The notes: generated by a model not told the origin, from the sequence alone. A stretch of 64,000 nt of DNA from Planctomycetota bacterium (GCA_038060895.1 JBBTCT010000009.1:144082-208081); one strand, 5' to 3'. Shown: positions 46,115 to 58,520, counted from the stretch's first letter. Translations and numbers: made by a program.

Positions 46115-46880
46115 CCCCTCCTGGATCGACCGCGTTCACGTCATCACGACCCCCGAGGCCGTCGATTTCGCGTACGACCTGGCGGGGGCCGGCCCGCGGA
46201 CGCTCGCGTGGCTGGTCGACGCGAGCATCATCGCGGTGCTGACGGTCGGCGCCGCGATCTTCGCCGCCGCCATCCGCGTCAACGCCATCGGCTTCGTCCT
46301 CGTCTTCGCCGTCCAGACCTGCTACTTCCTCGTGCTCGAGGCCTGGATGCACGGCCAGACGCCCGGCAAGAAAGTTTTCGGCATCCGCGTCATCGACGCA
46401 CGCGGCTTCCGCATCTCGTTCCTGCAGTCCGCCCTTCGCAACATCCTCCGCTTCGCCGACTCTCTCCCCGCGTTCTATCTCGTCGGCGGCGCCGTCTGCC
46501 TCTTCAACCGCCGCGGACTCCGCCTCGGCGATCTCGCGGCCGGGACCATCGTGATCCGCATCCCGACCGTGCCTTCTCCCGAGCGGCTGCTTCCCGCGGG
46601 GCAGCGAAGCGACGCTCTTCTCGGCGATTTCGCCCTCGGCGAGCGCGTCCGGCGGGTGCTGAGATCACCGGAAAAGGACCTGCTGGTGTCTCTGGCGATC
46701 CGGCGCGAGCGGCTCGAGCCGCGTCCTCGAAGCGAAGTCTTCGAGGCGGCGGCGGCCTGGTTTGCCGGCCGCCTGGAGATTCCGAAACCTCCCACCATGA
46801 GCGCCGAAACATATATCCTCAATCTCGCCGCTATTGCGCATTCTCCGCAGCGGCGAACCCAACCCCCGAAAGCGAGGTGA
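46107..46880 (+). CDS. RDD family membrane protein, probable CTG start
   Basis: RDD motifs ITTPEAV..AY.LAG.GPR.LAWLVD, GQTPGKK..GIRV, RNILR..D, RLGDLAAGT; the conserved N-terminus lies upstream of the first canonical start (GTG 46236); CTG 46107 follows GAGGAGG. Confidence 0.8.
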   Translation: MPSPSWIDRVHVITTPEAVDFAYDLAGAGPRTLAWLVDASIIAVLTVGAAIFAAAIRVNAIGFVLVFAVQTCYFLVLEAWMHGQTPGKKVFGIRVIDARGFRISFLQSALRNILRFADSLPAFYLVGGAVCLFNRRGLRLGDLAAGTIVIRIPTVPSPERLLPAGQRSDALLGDFALGERVRRVLRSPEKDLLVSLAIRRERLEPRPRSEVFEAAAAWFAGRLEIPKPPTMSAETYILNLAAIAHSPQRRTQPPKAR

Positions 46881-46882
46881 AC

Positions 46883-47287
46883 ATGCCCGGTCCGTGCACG
46901 AATCACCCGATGACGGAAGCCACCAAGACCTGCGCCGGCTGCCGGCGGCCGTTCTGCGACGCCTGCGTCGTGGAACTCGGCGGCTGGACCTACTGCGGCG
47001 TCTGCAAGAACGCTGCGGTCGCTTCTTCACAGTCCGTCCAGGAATTCAAGCAGCCGAAACAGGCGCTGACCTACGCGATCGTCGGGATCTTCTGCTTCGG
47101 GATTATCCTGGAGCCGATTGCGATCTGGAAAGGGATCGACGCGCTGAACCAGATCAAGCGGAACCCGCAGCTGCCCGGTCACGGAATGGCGGTGGCGGCG
47201 ATCATCATCGGCGGGCTCTTCCTTCTCCTCAACATCGCCTACCTCGGGCTCGTCCTGACCGGCGGACTTGCGGGAATGACGAGGTAG
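46883..47287 (+). CDS. B-box-like zinc finger + DUF4190-like membrane protein
   Basis: CTNHP...CAGCRRPFCDAC...YCGVCK; AIVGIFCFGIIL.PIAI..G..AL...GHGMAVAAIIIG. Confidence 0.82.
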   Translation: MPGPCTNHPMTEATKTCAGCRRPFCDACVVELGGWTYCGVCKNAAVASSQSVQEFKQPKQALTYAIVGIFCFGIILEPIAIWKGIDALNQIKRNPQLPGHGMAVAAIIIGGLFLLLNIAYLGLVLTGGLAGMTR

Positions 47288-47297
47288 AAGCGAAACG

Positions 47298-47891
47298 GTG
47301 AAGGGTTCCTGTCCATTCTGCGGAAGCGTCTTCGATGTGGATCAACCTGCGTTGACGCGGGTGTGCTCTTCGTGTCGAAACGTGGTGCGCGTTTTCCAGG
47401 TTGAAGCTCCGCCGATGCTTCCGATTGTGGCGGCGGCCGTCGCGCCTGCGGCGGTGGAGGGGGGCGGCCCGGTTCAGGCGCCACCCTGTGCGCGCCACCC
47501 TGCGAACGCTGCCGTGACGGCCTGCAACCGCTGCGGCGACTTCGTGTGCAGCGTTTGCGCGACGCCGGTGGAAGGCGCCGTTCTCTGCGTGCGCTGCTTC
47601 GAGTTCAAGCACGGCCAGGGGGAGTTGTACTCGCAGAAATCCGGATTTCGCCTGCCGCAGACCAGCCGGAATTGCGGGATCGGGGCGATCATCCTCTTCT
47701 GGTTCTGCGGCCTGGGCGGCATTCTCGGCATCTCGGCGATCGTGACGGGCATTCTGGCGATCCGCCACATTCGCCGGCAGCCGGGTCTCCCCGGCGAGAA
47801 GACAGCGCTTTCCGGCATCATCATGGGCTCGGTTGGAACGATTGCGACCGTGGCCTTCATCCTCTGGTCAGTCCTCTCGAGCAATCCCTGA
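47298..47891 (+). CDS. zinc ribbon + B-box-like + DUF4190-like membrane protein
   Basis: CPFC...CSSC; CARHP..AAV.ACNRCGDFVCSVC...LCVRC; two C-terminal TM segments. Confidence 0.8.
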   Translation: MKGSCPFCGSVFDVDQPALTRVCSSCRNVVRVFQVEAPPMLPIVAAAVAPAAVEGGGPVQAPPCARHPANAAVTACNRCGDFVCSVCATPVEGAVLCVRCFEFKHGQGELYSQKSGFRLPQTSRNCGIGAIILFWFCGLGGILGISAIVTGILAIRHIRRQPGLPGEKTALSGIIMGSVGTIATVAFILWSVLSSNP

Positions 47892-48565
47892 TGCTCAACC
47901 CACCCACATTCGGGTTGCCCGTGACGGTCCCGGAGGGCGGTCTGCTCCGGCGCGGGCGCTGGTCCCTTTACCCGGACCGCCTCACACGCGAGTCCCAGGA
48001 ATTCCTCTGGGGATACTCGCCGGACTCCAACGTCATGCTCGGCGACGTCCGCCTCATCTACGTCTACCACCGCGCCCGGCCGCTCAACCTCCTCTGGGGG
48101 CTGTTCGGCATCCCGTTTCTCCTGGTCGCGGTCGCCATCGCCAGCGACAGCCGCGATGCCAACTCCATCGGCGTCGCGATCTTCGCTTCCATCGGACTCG
48201 GCATCATTCTCCTCGCCTGCGTCCTGGGCTTCCTGCGGCGGCCTCACGTCACGATCCAGACCTCCCGTGAAACCGTGTCGATCGGCATGGACCGTCCCTG
48301 GTGGTCCGGCTCAAGGCGGCGGGTGTTCTTCAACGGCCTCGCACAGATCCTGGGGGTTCCCGACCTGCTTCCGGGGGGCGGAGTGAGACGCCCCACCGTG
48401 CCGCGGCCGGGAGTCATTCCCGGAAGCGTCCCCGCCGCGCCTCAGCCTCCGCAAGCGCCAATGCCCCACGCGGCGACAGACGCCGAGGTCAATTTCTGGG
48501 AGCGACCCGCGCCGCCTCCTCCTCCGGTCCCGCCGGCCGCTGATGGGACAACAGGGGCTGTGTGA
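47891..48565 (+). CDS. two-TM hypothetical membrane protein with Pro-rich tail
   Basis: ATG at 47891 coupled by TGATG; two hydrophobic segments. Confidence 0.7.
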   Translation: MLNPPTFGLPVTVPEGGLLRRGRWSLYPDRLTRESQEFLWGYSPDSNVMLGDVRLIYVYHRARPLNLLWGLFGIPFLLVAVAIASDSRDANSIGVAIFASIGLGIILLACVLGFLRRPHVTIQTSRETVSIGMDRPWWSGSRRRVFFNGLAQILGVPDLLPGGGVRRPTVPRPGVIPGSVPAAPQPPQAPMPHAATDAEVNFWERPAPPPPPVPPAADGTTGAV

Positions 48566-48736
48566 CTCTCGAATCGTGAAGAGAGCCTCGCGAGTCGGGC
48601 GAAGTCGGCCGGATCAGCACATGTCTCTCATACCGTTTTCTGGCCGACGCAGCCTGACTTGCGAGGTTCTCTTCACGATTCGAGAGGCGCACAGCCCGGT
48701 TGACGCCCGCCCGCGCTTCCCTCAGAGTGGCGCGCC

Positions 48737-51586
<2,850 letters not shown>

Positions 51587-51620
51587 CCTCAAACCCGAAA
51601 CGCGCCACCCAGGACCCCAC

Positions 51621-51676
51621 CCGGAACTCCGAACCCGGAACCCGGAACTCAACCTCCGGAACTCCAAACCCCCAAC
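51621..51676 (+). repeat. intergenic 7-bp tandem repeat array (CCGGAAC-like, 8 units)
   Basis: CCGGAAC TCCGAAC CCGGAAC CCGGAAC TCAACCT CCGGAAC TCCAAAC CCCCAAC. Confidence 0.8.
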
Positions 51677-51729
51677 TCCCTTTTCTTTCGCTGACACTCC
51701 CTCTTCGTATGGATACCATTCGCCCCCTC

Positions 51730-52164
51730 ATGCTTCCTGACTCCGTCGCCAAGCGCGATCTCCTCTGGGCCGAGCACAAAACTCCGCCGAACTACGCTGC
51801 GTACGGTGACCAGTTTCTCAAAGAGGGGTGGCTTGCGGACGCGGCGGAATTCTTCGGGCGCGCGGACAGCGAAGCGAAACTCAGGGAAGTCCTGAAACTG
51901 GCCGTGCGCGAAGGCGACGCTTCGCTCGTGGGGCGCCTGGCGCAGATCCGCGCGGGGCTCGTCGCAGTGCCGGATTGGAGCGAGTGCGCGCGCGAAGCGG
52001 AGCGGCTCGAGAAGTGGTCGTACGCGCGGGTGGCATGGGAAAAGGCGGGCGACGCGGAAAAGGCGGCGGGGGCCCGTGCCAGGGCGCTCGTCGCGCTCGG
52101 CTACACGATTCAAAAGGCGGTCACGAATGAAAGCGGCGCTCCAGGAAATAATCCAGCACCTTAA
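51730..52164 (+). CDS. helical (TPR-like) hypothetical protein
   Basis: KRDLL...GDQFLKEGWLADAAEFF...AWEKAGDAEKA; start 51709 or 51730. Confidence 0.65.
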   Translation: MLPDSVAKRDLLWAEHKTPPNYAAYGDQFLKEGWLADAAEFFGRADSEAKLREVLKLAVREGDASLVGRLAQIRAGLVAVPDWSECAREAERLEKWSYARVAWEKAGDAEKAAGARARALVALGYTIQKAVTNESGAPGNNPAP

Positions 52165-53560
52165 GAAGAAGAAGGTGGATTACGCCGACGCGCGGTATGT
52201 GGACTCCGACGAAGAGACGGTCGGCGCGCGCAACGGGGTTCTCGAGGTGAATTCGCGCTCGCGCAGCCGCGGCATCGGCGTGCGCGTCCTTTGGAACGGT
52301 TCCTGGGGTTTTGCGGCGACCGACGATCTCGCGGATCTGGGCGTCGCCGACCGGGCTCTCGCCGTCGCGCAGGCCACCGCGCGCGCTTCCGCGGCGCCGG
52401 CGCGCCTCGCGGATGTCGAGCCCGCGAAGGCCTCCTGGAAGACGCCGTGCAGGATCGACCCGTTCACGGTCCCGCTCGCGAAGAAAGTCGCGCTTCTCAC
52501 CTCCGTTTCCGAATCGCTGAAAAAGGGAAAGAGGATCGTCTCGGCGAACGCGGTGTACACGGCGTACAAGACCCGCAAGATCTTCGCCTCCTCCGAAGGC
52601 GCCCTCATCGAGCAGGAGATCATCGAGTGCGGGGCGGGCGCGGTCGCGACGGCGGCGGCCAACGGCATCGTGCAGTCGCGCAGCTACCCGAATTCGCACC
52701 GTGGGGACTTCGTGACCGGCGGGTGGGAGCACATCGAGGCCATGAAACTGGCCGACCACGTCGAGGAGGTGCGCGACGAGGCGGAACAGCTGCTCGACGC
52801 GCCGGATCTGCCCGAAGGAACCTACGACCTGATCCTCTGGGGCCCGCAGCTGTCGCTTCAGATCCACGAATCCTGCGGCCACCCGATCGAGCTGGACCGG
52901 GTGCTCGGGACGGAGCAGTCGCTCGCCGGCGGTTCGTTCCTGCAACCGGACAAGCTCGGCAAGTTCAAGTACGGAAGCGAGTACGTCACGATCTCGCTCG
53001 ACGGGACGATCCCGGGCGGGCTGGGGTCGTACGGCTACGACGACGAGGGCGTGCCGACGGCACGCGGGCCGGTGATCGACGGCGGCGTTTTCGTCGGGTA
53101 TCTCACCAGCCGCGAGACCTCCGCGAAAATGAAACTGAAACCGAACGGCGCCATGCGCGCCGACTCGTGGTCGCGCATCCCGCTCATCCGCATGATGAAC
53201 ATCTCGCTCGAGCCCGGGAACTGGGAGGCCGACGAGCTCCTGGCCGACTCGAACGGCGCGATTCTCTGCGACATCAACAAGTCCTGGTCCATCGACGACC
53301 GCCGACTCAATTTCCAGTTTGGCTGCGAAGCGGCGTGGCAGATCAAGAACGGCAAGAAGGGGAAGCTCTTCCGCAACCCCATGTACTCCGGCATGACCCC
53401 GCAGTTCTGGAACGCCTGCGACGCGGTCTGCTCGAAGCCTCATTGGCGTGTCTGGGGTGTTGCGAATTGCGGGAAGGGCGTGCCGGGGCAGACCGCGCGC
53501 GTGGGGCACGGCGCGGCGCCTTCGAGATTCCGCGGGATCAAGATGGGAGCGTCCAGGTAA
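52127..53560 (+). CDS. tldD: TldD metalloprotease subunit
   Basis: GIGVRVL, IHESCGHPIELDR (HExxxH), YDDEGV, RMMN, NCGKG, VGHG. Confidence 0.93.
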   Translation: MKAALQEIIQHLKKKKVDYADARYVDSDEETVGARNGVLEVNSRSRSRGIGVRVLWNGSWGFAATDDLADLGVADRALAVAQATARASAAPARLADVEPAKASWKTPCRIDPFTVPLAKKVALLTSVSESLKKGKRIVSANAVYTAYKTRKIFASSEGALIEQEIIECGAGAVATAAANGIVQSRSYPNSHRGDFVTGGWEHIEAMKLADHVEEVRDEAEQLLDAPDLPEGTYDLILWGPQLSLQIHESCGHPIELDRVLGTEQSLAGGSFLQPDKLGKFKYGSEYVTISLDGTIPGGLGSYGYDDEGVPTARGPVIDGGVFVGYLTSRETSAKMKLKPNGAMRADSWSRIPLIRMMNISLEPGNWEADELLADSNGAILCDINKSWSIDDRRLNFQFGCEAAWQIKNGKKGKLFRNPMYSGMTPQFWNACDAVCSKPHWRVWGVANCGKGVPGQTARVGHGAAPSRFRGIKMGASR

Positions 53561-55002
53561 TGAAACGCGTTACAAAAAAGCCGGCCAGGCGGGCAAGCAA
53601 GGGAGCGGGCAAGCGGGCGGGCGGGCAGGCGGGCCCTGCCATCTCACCCGTCGCCTCCCGGGAAAAGGTGCTTTCGGCGCTTCGCGAAGCCTTGAAGTCT
53701 GCTGGCGGCGAGGCGGAGCTGGTCTACATCGCCCACGACAGCGGCACGACCCGCTTCGCCGCAAGCGGCATTCACCAGAACATGAGTGAGCGGGGCGTCA
53801 GCGTTTCCGCGCGGGTTGCCGTCGGGAAGAAACTCGGCGTCGCTTCCGTGAATTCCCTCGCGAAGGGCGAACTCGTCGCGGCGCTGAAGCGGGCCCGTGA
53901 AATCGCGAATTCGTCGAAGCCGCTGGCGGAGTTCCCGGGATTTCCGGGGCCGCAGACGTACGGCCCGGCGCCCCACCCGGACCCGGCGATCGTCGGGCAG
54001 GCGCCCGCCGAGCGGGCCGATGCGCTCAAGCCGCTCTTTGCGGCCGCGACGAAATCAAGAACAGAGCTTCATGGCGCGCTCATCGCCCGCACCACCCAGC
54101 TCGCGGTTGCCAATACGTCCGGCCTCACCGCATTTCACGAGGGGACCCTCGCGGACGCGCAATTCATCGCGATGGACGCAGGAATTGGCGGAAGCGGCTA
54201 CAGCGCGGACGCCGCCCCGCGATGGGATGGCATTGACCTTCCGACGCTCGCGGACATGGCGATCCGGAAGTGCGTGGACAGCAGGAAACCGCGCGACCTG
54301 GACCCGGGAACTTACGAAGTGATCCTGGAACCCGCGGCGGTCGCCGAGATCTTTTCGTGGCTTCCGTGGATTGCGTTCACCGGCCGTTCCGTCGAGGACG
54401 GGCAGTCCTTCCTCAAGGACAAGTTCGGGCAGATGGTCGCCACGGACGCCGTCACGATCTACGACGACGGCCTGGACTCCGAGGGCATTCCTCTCCCGTT
54501 CGACTTCGAGGGCCGTCCGAAAAAGTCGGTCTACTTCATCGACCGGGGCGTCGCGCGCGAGGTTGCCCACGACGTCGTCAGCGCCGCCAATGCCAAGGCT
54601 CGACCGACCGGTCACGCGCCGTTTCCCGGGATGGGCGTCACCGCCATGCCGCTCAACCTCTTCGTCGCGCCCGGCATGTCGAGCGTCGAGGAAATGATCG
54701 CCCAGACCCATCGCGGCGTCCTCGTGACCCGCTTCCACTATCTCAACGGGCTCCTCAACCCGCCGATCGCCCTGTTCACCGGGATGACCCGCGACGGCGC
54801 CTTCTGGGTCGAAGACGGAAAAGTCCGTCATCCCATCAAGAACATGCGCTTCACGCAATCCATCGCCAAGGCTCTTCACGGCGCGGAGCTCGTCGGCCGC
54901 GACCGCACGATCACCCCGAACACGTGGGCGTCGTTCGGAAGCGCCTGCGTGCCCGCGATGAAGTTCCGGGAGTGGGTGTTCAGTTCCAAGACGGAATTCT
55001 GA
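53560..55002 (+). CDS. tldE: TldE/PmbA family protein
   Basis: TRFA.SGIHQN, PGTYEVILEPAAV, PFDFEG, TGMTRDG, NMRFTQS; no HExxxH; TAATG coupling to tldD. Confidence 0.88.
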   Translation: MKRVTKKPARRASKGAGKRAGGQAGPAISPVASREKVLSALREALKSAGGEAELVYIAHDSGTTRFAASGIHQNMSERGVSVSARVAVGKKLGVASVNSLAKGELVAALKRAREIANSSKPLAEFPGFPGPQTYGPAPHPDPAIVGQAPAERADALKPLFAAATKSRTELHGALIARTTQLAVANTSGLTAFHEGTLADAQFIAMDAGIGGSGYSADAAPRWDGIDLPTLADMAIRKCVDSRKPRDLDPGTYEVILEPAAVAEIFSWLPWIAFTGRSVEDGQSFLKDKFGQMVATDAVTIYDDGLDSEGIPLPFDFEGRPKKSVYFIDRGVAREVAHDVVSAANAKARPTGHAPFPGMGVTAMPLNLFVAPGMSSVEEMIAQTHRGVLVTRFHYLNGLLNPPIALFTGMTRDGAFWVEDGKVRHPIKNMRFTQSIAKALHGAELVGRDRTITPNTWASFGSACVPAMKFREWVFSSKTEF

Positions 55003-55003
55003 T

Positions 55004-55037
55004 CGCGCGAAAAAAGCGAGCGTCATCGCGCGCTCGG
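55004..55037 (+). repeat. half copy of the palindromic element at 3864-3985
   Basis: CGCGCGAAAAAAGCGAGCGTCATCGCGCGCTCGG matches 3868-3901 at 32/34. Confidence 0.8.
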
Positions 55038-55075
55038 ATGAGGCGACGGAGACTTACGATGAGAATCGGCCTCGA

Positions 55076-55909
55076 TTACAGGCCCGGAGAACTTGCTTCC
55101 GGGGCGCGAACGCGACGGAATGCGGTGCAGGCCGCGATCGCGAATGTGCCGAGCAGGACGATCGCAAACAGCGCGTCGGGAAAGCTGCGCGCGGCCAGCG
55201 AAGCCACCAACAGAGCGACGAATACCGCGGTGAACTCGACCGAGGCGCGCTTCGGGTTCGGCCAGCGCAGAACGATCGCACTCCAGGCAACGAGCGTGCC
55301 CCAACGCCAGAGCGGGAACGAAGTGAGTGAGTAGCGCCACCAGGGCAGAATGATCTTGAGCCCCGGCAGCGACCAGTTCTCGCCGTCGAAGTTCGTTTCG
55401 ACGTCCGGGTTCAGGATTCGATCGCCCTCGACTTCGACCCAGACGTGCTCGTACGACGCTTCGATGCGCGCCTTGAAGCCCCGGTGCCGCAGCAGGGAAG
55501 CGGTGAGGACGGCGATCCCGTCGCAGTCTTCACGCCCGGAAGCAAGCGTCTCGGACGGTGACGGCCAGTAGTCCACGTTCCACCACTGGTCCCAGTCGTT
55601 GGCGTACACAATGCGTTTTTCGACGAACTTCTCGATCCAGGCGACCTGGTGCGGTCGATCGAGGGTCGACGGGATGGAGGCATCGACTTCTGAAGAGAGT
55701 TTCGCCACCGCCGGATCATCGGGCGCGATCAGGGCGTTCGGGTCGCTGAGTGTGCGAACCTCGCGAATCGCCCGCCCTGGATGCGGGAAGAGAAGGAAGA
55801 GGAATCCCGCGGGGAACAGCAGGGCGCGCACGAGCGCCGATTTCCAGCAGAATCGGCGAACGGCCGGGCGGCCGGGTTGGTCTGCCGCCCTGGTTTCGAC
55901 TTCCTGCAC
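55076..55909 (-). CDS. transglutaminase-like Cys-protease-domain membrane protein
   Basis: Y..DW..W..DYWPSPSETL..GREDCDGIAVLTASLL...HVWVEV; flanking TM segments; start uncertain. Confidence 0.75.
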   Translation of the reverse strand: MQEVETRAADQPGRPAVRRFCWKSALVRALLFPAGFLFLLFPHPGRAIREVRTLSDPNALIAPDDPAVAKLSSEVDASIPSTLDRPHQVAWIEKFVEKRIVYANDWDQWWNVDYWPSPSETLASGREDCDGIAVLTASLLRHRGFKARIEASYEHVWVEVEGDRILNPDVETNFDGENWSLPGLKIILPWWRYSLTSFPLWRWGTLVAWSAIVLRWPNPKRASVEFTAVFVALLVASLAARSFPDALFAIVLLGTFAIAACTAFRRVRAPEASSPGL

Positions 55910-55912
55910 GGA

Positions 55913-57238
55913 TTACTTCTTCTTCTCGCCGTTCGACTCTGCGCCCTTCGCCTTCAGGCCGTCCACGAGCGCGACCAGCCCGGCAACGAGCGAGTGCATG
56001 CCGTCGGCGCCCGGGCCGATGGAGACAGAGCGCAGCTCATTCGGCTTCGGCATTTTCGAGGCGACCTCGGGCAGCTTATCGATGAGCTGCGCCTGAAGCG
56101 CGGTCGTGGAAAGGTCGTTCTCGACCTTGCGGCGGGCCGCTTCCAGCGCGAGCCCCTTCTCGGCCCATTTGTGATTGAAGACGCGCTGAATCTCATCTCT
56201 CGCGAGGTCTGATTCGGCCTGGAGGCGCGCCATTTCGGACTTCTTGGCGATCTTGTCCTTTTCGTGCACCAGTGTCAGCGCGAGGGACTCAGCTTCAATC
56301 TTTGCCCGCCGAGCCTTTTCGGACTGGTCGCGGTCGAAGGCCGTCGCTTCGGACGCAGCGCGAAGCCGTGCGACCTCAGCCTCGGTTTCGATCTTCAGCT
56401 TCGCGTTTGCTTTCGAGGCCTCGGATTCCTTCGCGTTGACGACGGCCTCGCTGGTGAGCTGCGCCAGACGCGCTTCCTTCGCGCGCTCAGACCTGAACGG
56501 CCGCTGCAGCATCTCCCAGACGGTCGGCGAGCTGACGATCGCTTCCTTGATCTGCACGGTCACGATCCGCAGCCCGAGCCCGCGATCCTGCCCCCCCGAC
56601 TCGCCTTCCATGACTTCCCGGAGCCGCTCCGTCAGTTCCTTGATGATCGGCTGCTTGTCGGCCAGCACTTCGTCGATCGACATCGTCGCGACCTTGTCCT
56701 TGATCGCCGCTTCAGCCTGTTCGCGCAGCTGGACGTTGACGAGGCGCATCGGGTCGAGCGCGTCGGTGAAGTCGCATTTGCGATAGGCAGTCTTGAAATC
56801 CTCGATGATCCACTGCACGTAGCCCTGCACGAGCACGCCCTGGCGTTCCTTGGAGATCGACCGGGCGTTGATCAGGATCGTCTGCATCGCGGCCGGGACG
56901 ACGATGAACGAATCAGTCCAGGGGTCGAAGCGAAACGAGACGCCGAGGCCGACGTTCAGGGGCTCGGGGTTGCCGCGGCGGGTGTGGACGACCCAGCAGT
57001 TCGGCGGGACGACGACGTTTTTCCAGCGCCAGAGCCCGGTGATGCGGTAAGGAACCGCGCCGGAACCGGCGTCCATACCGGACGATTCGGCCTGGAAGAA
57101 GCGCGTCCCGTCGCTCCCGCCTCGGGCCGCGGCCTGGGCGGGCGCTGCGACACGCTGCACCTTGAGCGCGTTCTCAAGATGGACCTGTTCGCGGAGAACC
57201 TGGTCCATGTATTCGTTCTTCATCTGCTGTTGTTCCAT
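55913..57238 (-). CDS. SPFH/band-7 (flotillin-like) protein
   Basis: SPFH core (LREQAEAAIKDKVATMSIDEVL, GLRIVTVQIKE) followed by an Ala/Glu-rich coiled coil; SD GGAGGGAG. Confidence 0.82.
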   Translation of the reverse strand: MEQQQMKNEYMDQVLREQVHLENALKVQRVAAPAQAAARGGSDGTRFFQAESSGMDAGSGAVPYRITGLWRWKNVVVPPNCWVVHTRRGNPEPLNVGLGVSFRFDPWTDSFIVVPAAMQTILINARSISKERQGVLVQGYVQWIIEDFKTAYRKCDFTDALDPMRLVNVQLREQAEAAIKDKVATMSIDEVLADKQPIIKELTERLREVMEGESGGQDRGLGLRIVTVQIKEAIVSSPTVWEMLQRPFRSERAKEARLAQLTSEAVVNAKESEASKANAKLKIETEAEVARLRAASEATAFDRDQSEKARRAKIEAESLALTLVHEKDKIAKKSEMARLQAESDLARDEIQRVFNHKWAEKGLALEAARRKVENDLSTTALQAQLIDKLPEVASKMPKPNELRSVSIGPGADGMHSLVAGLVALVDGLKAKGAESNGEKKK

Positions 57239-57312
57239 GACCGCTCCCTCCCTGATGGCGCGCTGAAGACAGTAACCCTAACGCGGAAGAGCGGCGAAAT
57301 GTTCTTCGGTGT

Positions 57313-58383
57313 TTACGGCGGCGGCGTGACCCGCACGGTTGCCGGAGTCGCTCCTTCGATGTAGATCCGCGCTCCGATTCCCTCACGCAGCAACTGCGCG
57401 CAACTCGTCACATGCTCCGTCTCTTCGGAGATCAGGAATTCGCTCGGGCTTGAGGCGAGCGCCGCCCAAACGAGAAGCTGATCGGCGAGGTGCCTGTCCA
57501 CCGGCGCCTCTGCGGCGAGTTCGGCAAGCAGCCGCCCTCCCGCCTCTCGGCCGACAGCCTCGCTCATCTTGCCTCGTTCACCGAGAGCGGAAGCGCCGAC
57601 GCGGGCGCCGTTTGCGGCCAGGGCCCACAGCACGATGCCGGCGCCCGGCGAGGGACCCTTCGACAATTCGATTCGGACGTCGTGGTCGCACTCCCGAAGC
57701 GCCGACTTCGCGTCAGCCGTGAGGCCTTTGCCGCTTCGAAGCTCCTTGAGTGCGGCTGCACGAATTCGTTCGGGGACGTGTTCGGGCAGGGAAGACGCGT
57801 ACGCGACGCCGGAGATTCTTACAGGGCCGTTCCAGGAGGTGCGCGCGATCCCTTTCCACTCTGCGGTGGCCGGGCAGGAGACGGTGATTTCGCCGCCACC
57901 AGCCGGAAAGAATCCGCGGCGGACGAGCTCGATGCCGGGCGCGACGCCGATGGAACGCAGTGCGGGAACGAGGATTTCGCGGAACCAGTCGACTGGCGGG
58001 GCCAGCGGATTGTCAGTGCCGCCCGAGACGACCAGGGTTCCGCCGCGGCGGGCGAGAAGCGGAAGCGCGGCTTGAAGCACGAGCATCGTCGAGCCGGCGC
58101 TTCCGATATCGACTGACTCGCGGACGAGGCCGCTGGCGGTCCCTGGAAAGAACTCCACCCACGAAGACCCCTTCACGCAGCCCGCCAGGCGGCCTCCACT
58201 AAGCCGTTCGACGGCGAGAATCGCGGCGAGGTGCTGGCGCTGGAGCCCAGGGTTTCCGCGGCTGCGCCGGATGTTCTCGACGCGGACCGGGACCCCGCGC
58301 AGCGCGGCAATGGCCACCGCCGTACGGACAATCTGTCCGCCGCCGATGGAACCGTCCACGCGCCAGGGGGATGAGGGAGTCAT
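57313..58383 (-). CDS. rtcA: RNA 3'-terminal phosphate cyclase
   Basis: DGS.GGGQIVR, IRRSR.NPGL..QH, AGS..LVLQ, GGTD, RRGFFPAGGG, VDRHLADQL, TEH. Confidence 0.92.
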   Translation of the reverse strand: MTPSSPWRVDGSIGGGQIVRTAVAIAALRGVPVRVENIRRSRGNPGLQRQHLAAILAVERLSGGRLAGCVKGSSWVEFFPGTASGLVRESVDIGSAGSTMLVLQAALPLLARRGGTLVVSGGTDNPLAPPVDWFREILVPALRSIGVAPGIELVRRGFFPAGGGEITVSCPATAEWKGIARTSWNGPVRISGVAYASSLPEHVPERIRAAALKELRSGKGLTADAKSALRECDHDVRIELSKGPSPGAGIVLWALAANGARVGASALGERGKMSEAVGREAGGRLLAELAAEAPVDRHLADQLLVWAALASSPSEFLISEETEHVTSCAQLLREGIGARIYIEGATPATVRVTPPP

Positions 58384-58424
58384 GGTCAAAAAAAATCGCC
58401 ACCGGCTGGGCCGGCGGCGCCTGA

Positions 58425-58508
58425 TGCGGGAAAGAGGAGTTGAACCTCCACGGGTGTGACCCCACTAGCTCCTGAAGCTAGCGCGTCTGCCAATTCCGCC
58501 ATTCCCGC
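58425..58508 (-). tRNA. tRNA-Leu(CAG)
   Basis: GCGGGAA acceptor stem; TGGCGGAATTGGCAGACGCGC D-arm; CTAGC-TT-CAG-GA-GCTAG anticodon arm; long variable arm; GGAGGTTCAACTCCTCT T-arm; CCA not encoded. Confidence 0.95.
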
Positions 58509-58520
58509 AGGAACGGCGTA

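Noticed and set aside
51621-51676. Repeat arrays as a CRISPR
   Set aside because: Units are 6-7 bp without unique spacers; no cas genes in the window.
58425-58508. tRNA-Leu as an integration site for an island or prophage
   Set aside because: No integrase, no duplicated tRNA 3' end seen, and the flanking genes look like ordinary chromosomal genes.
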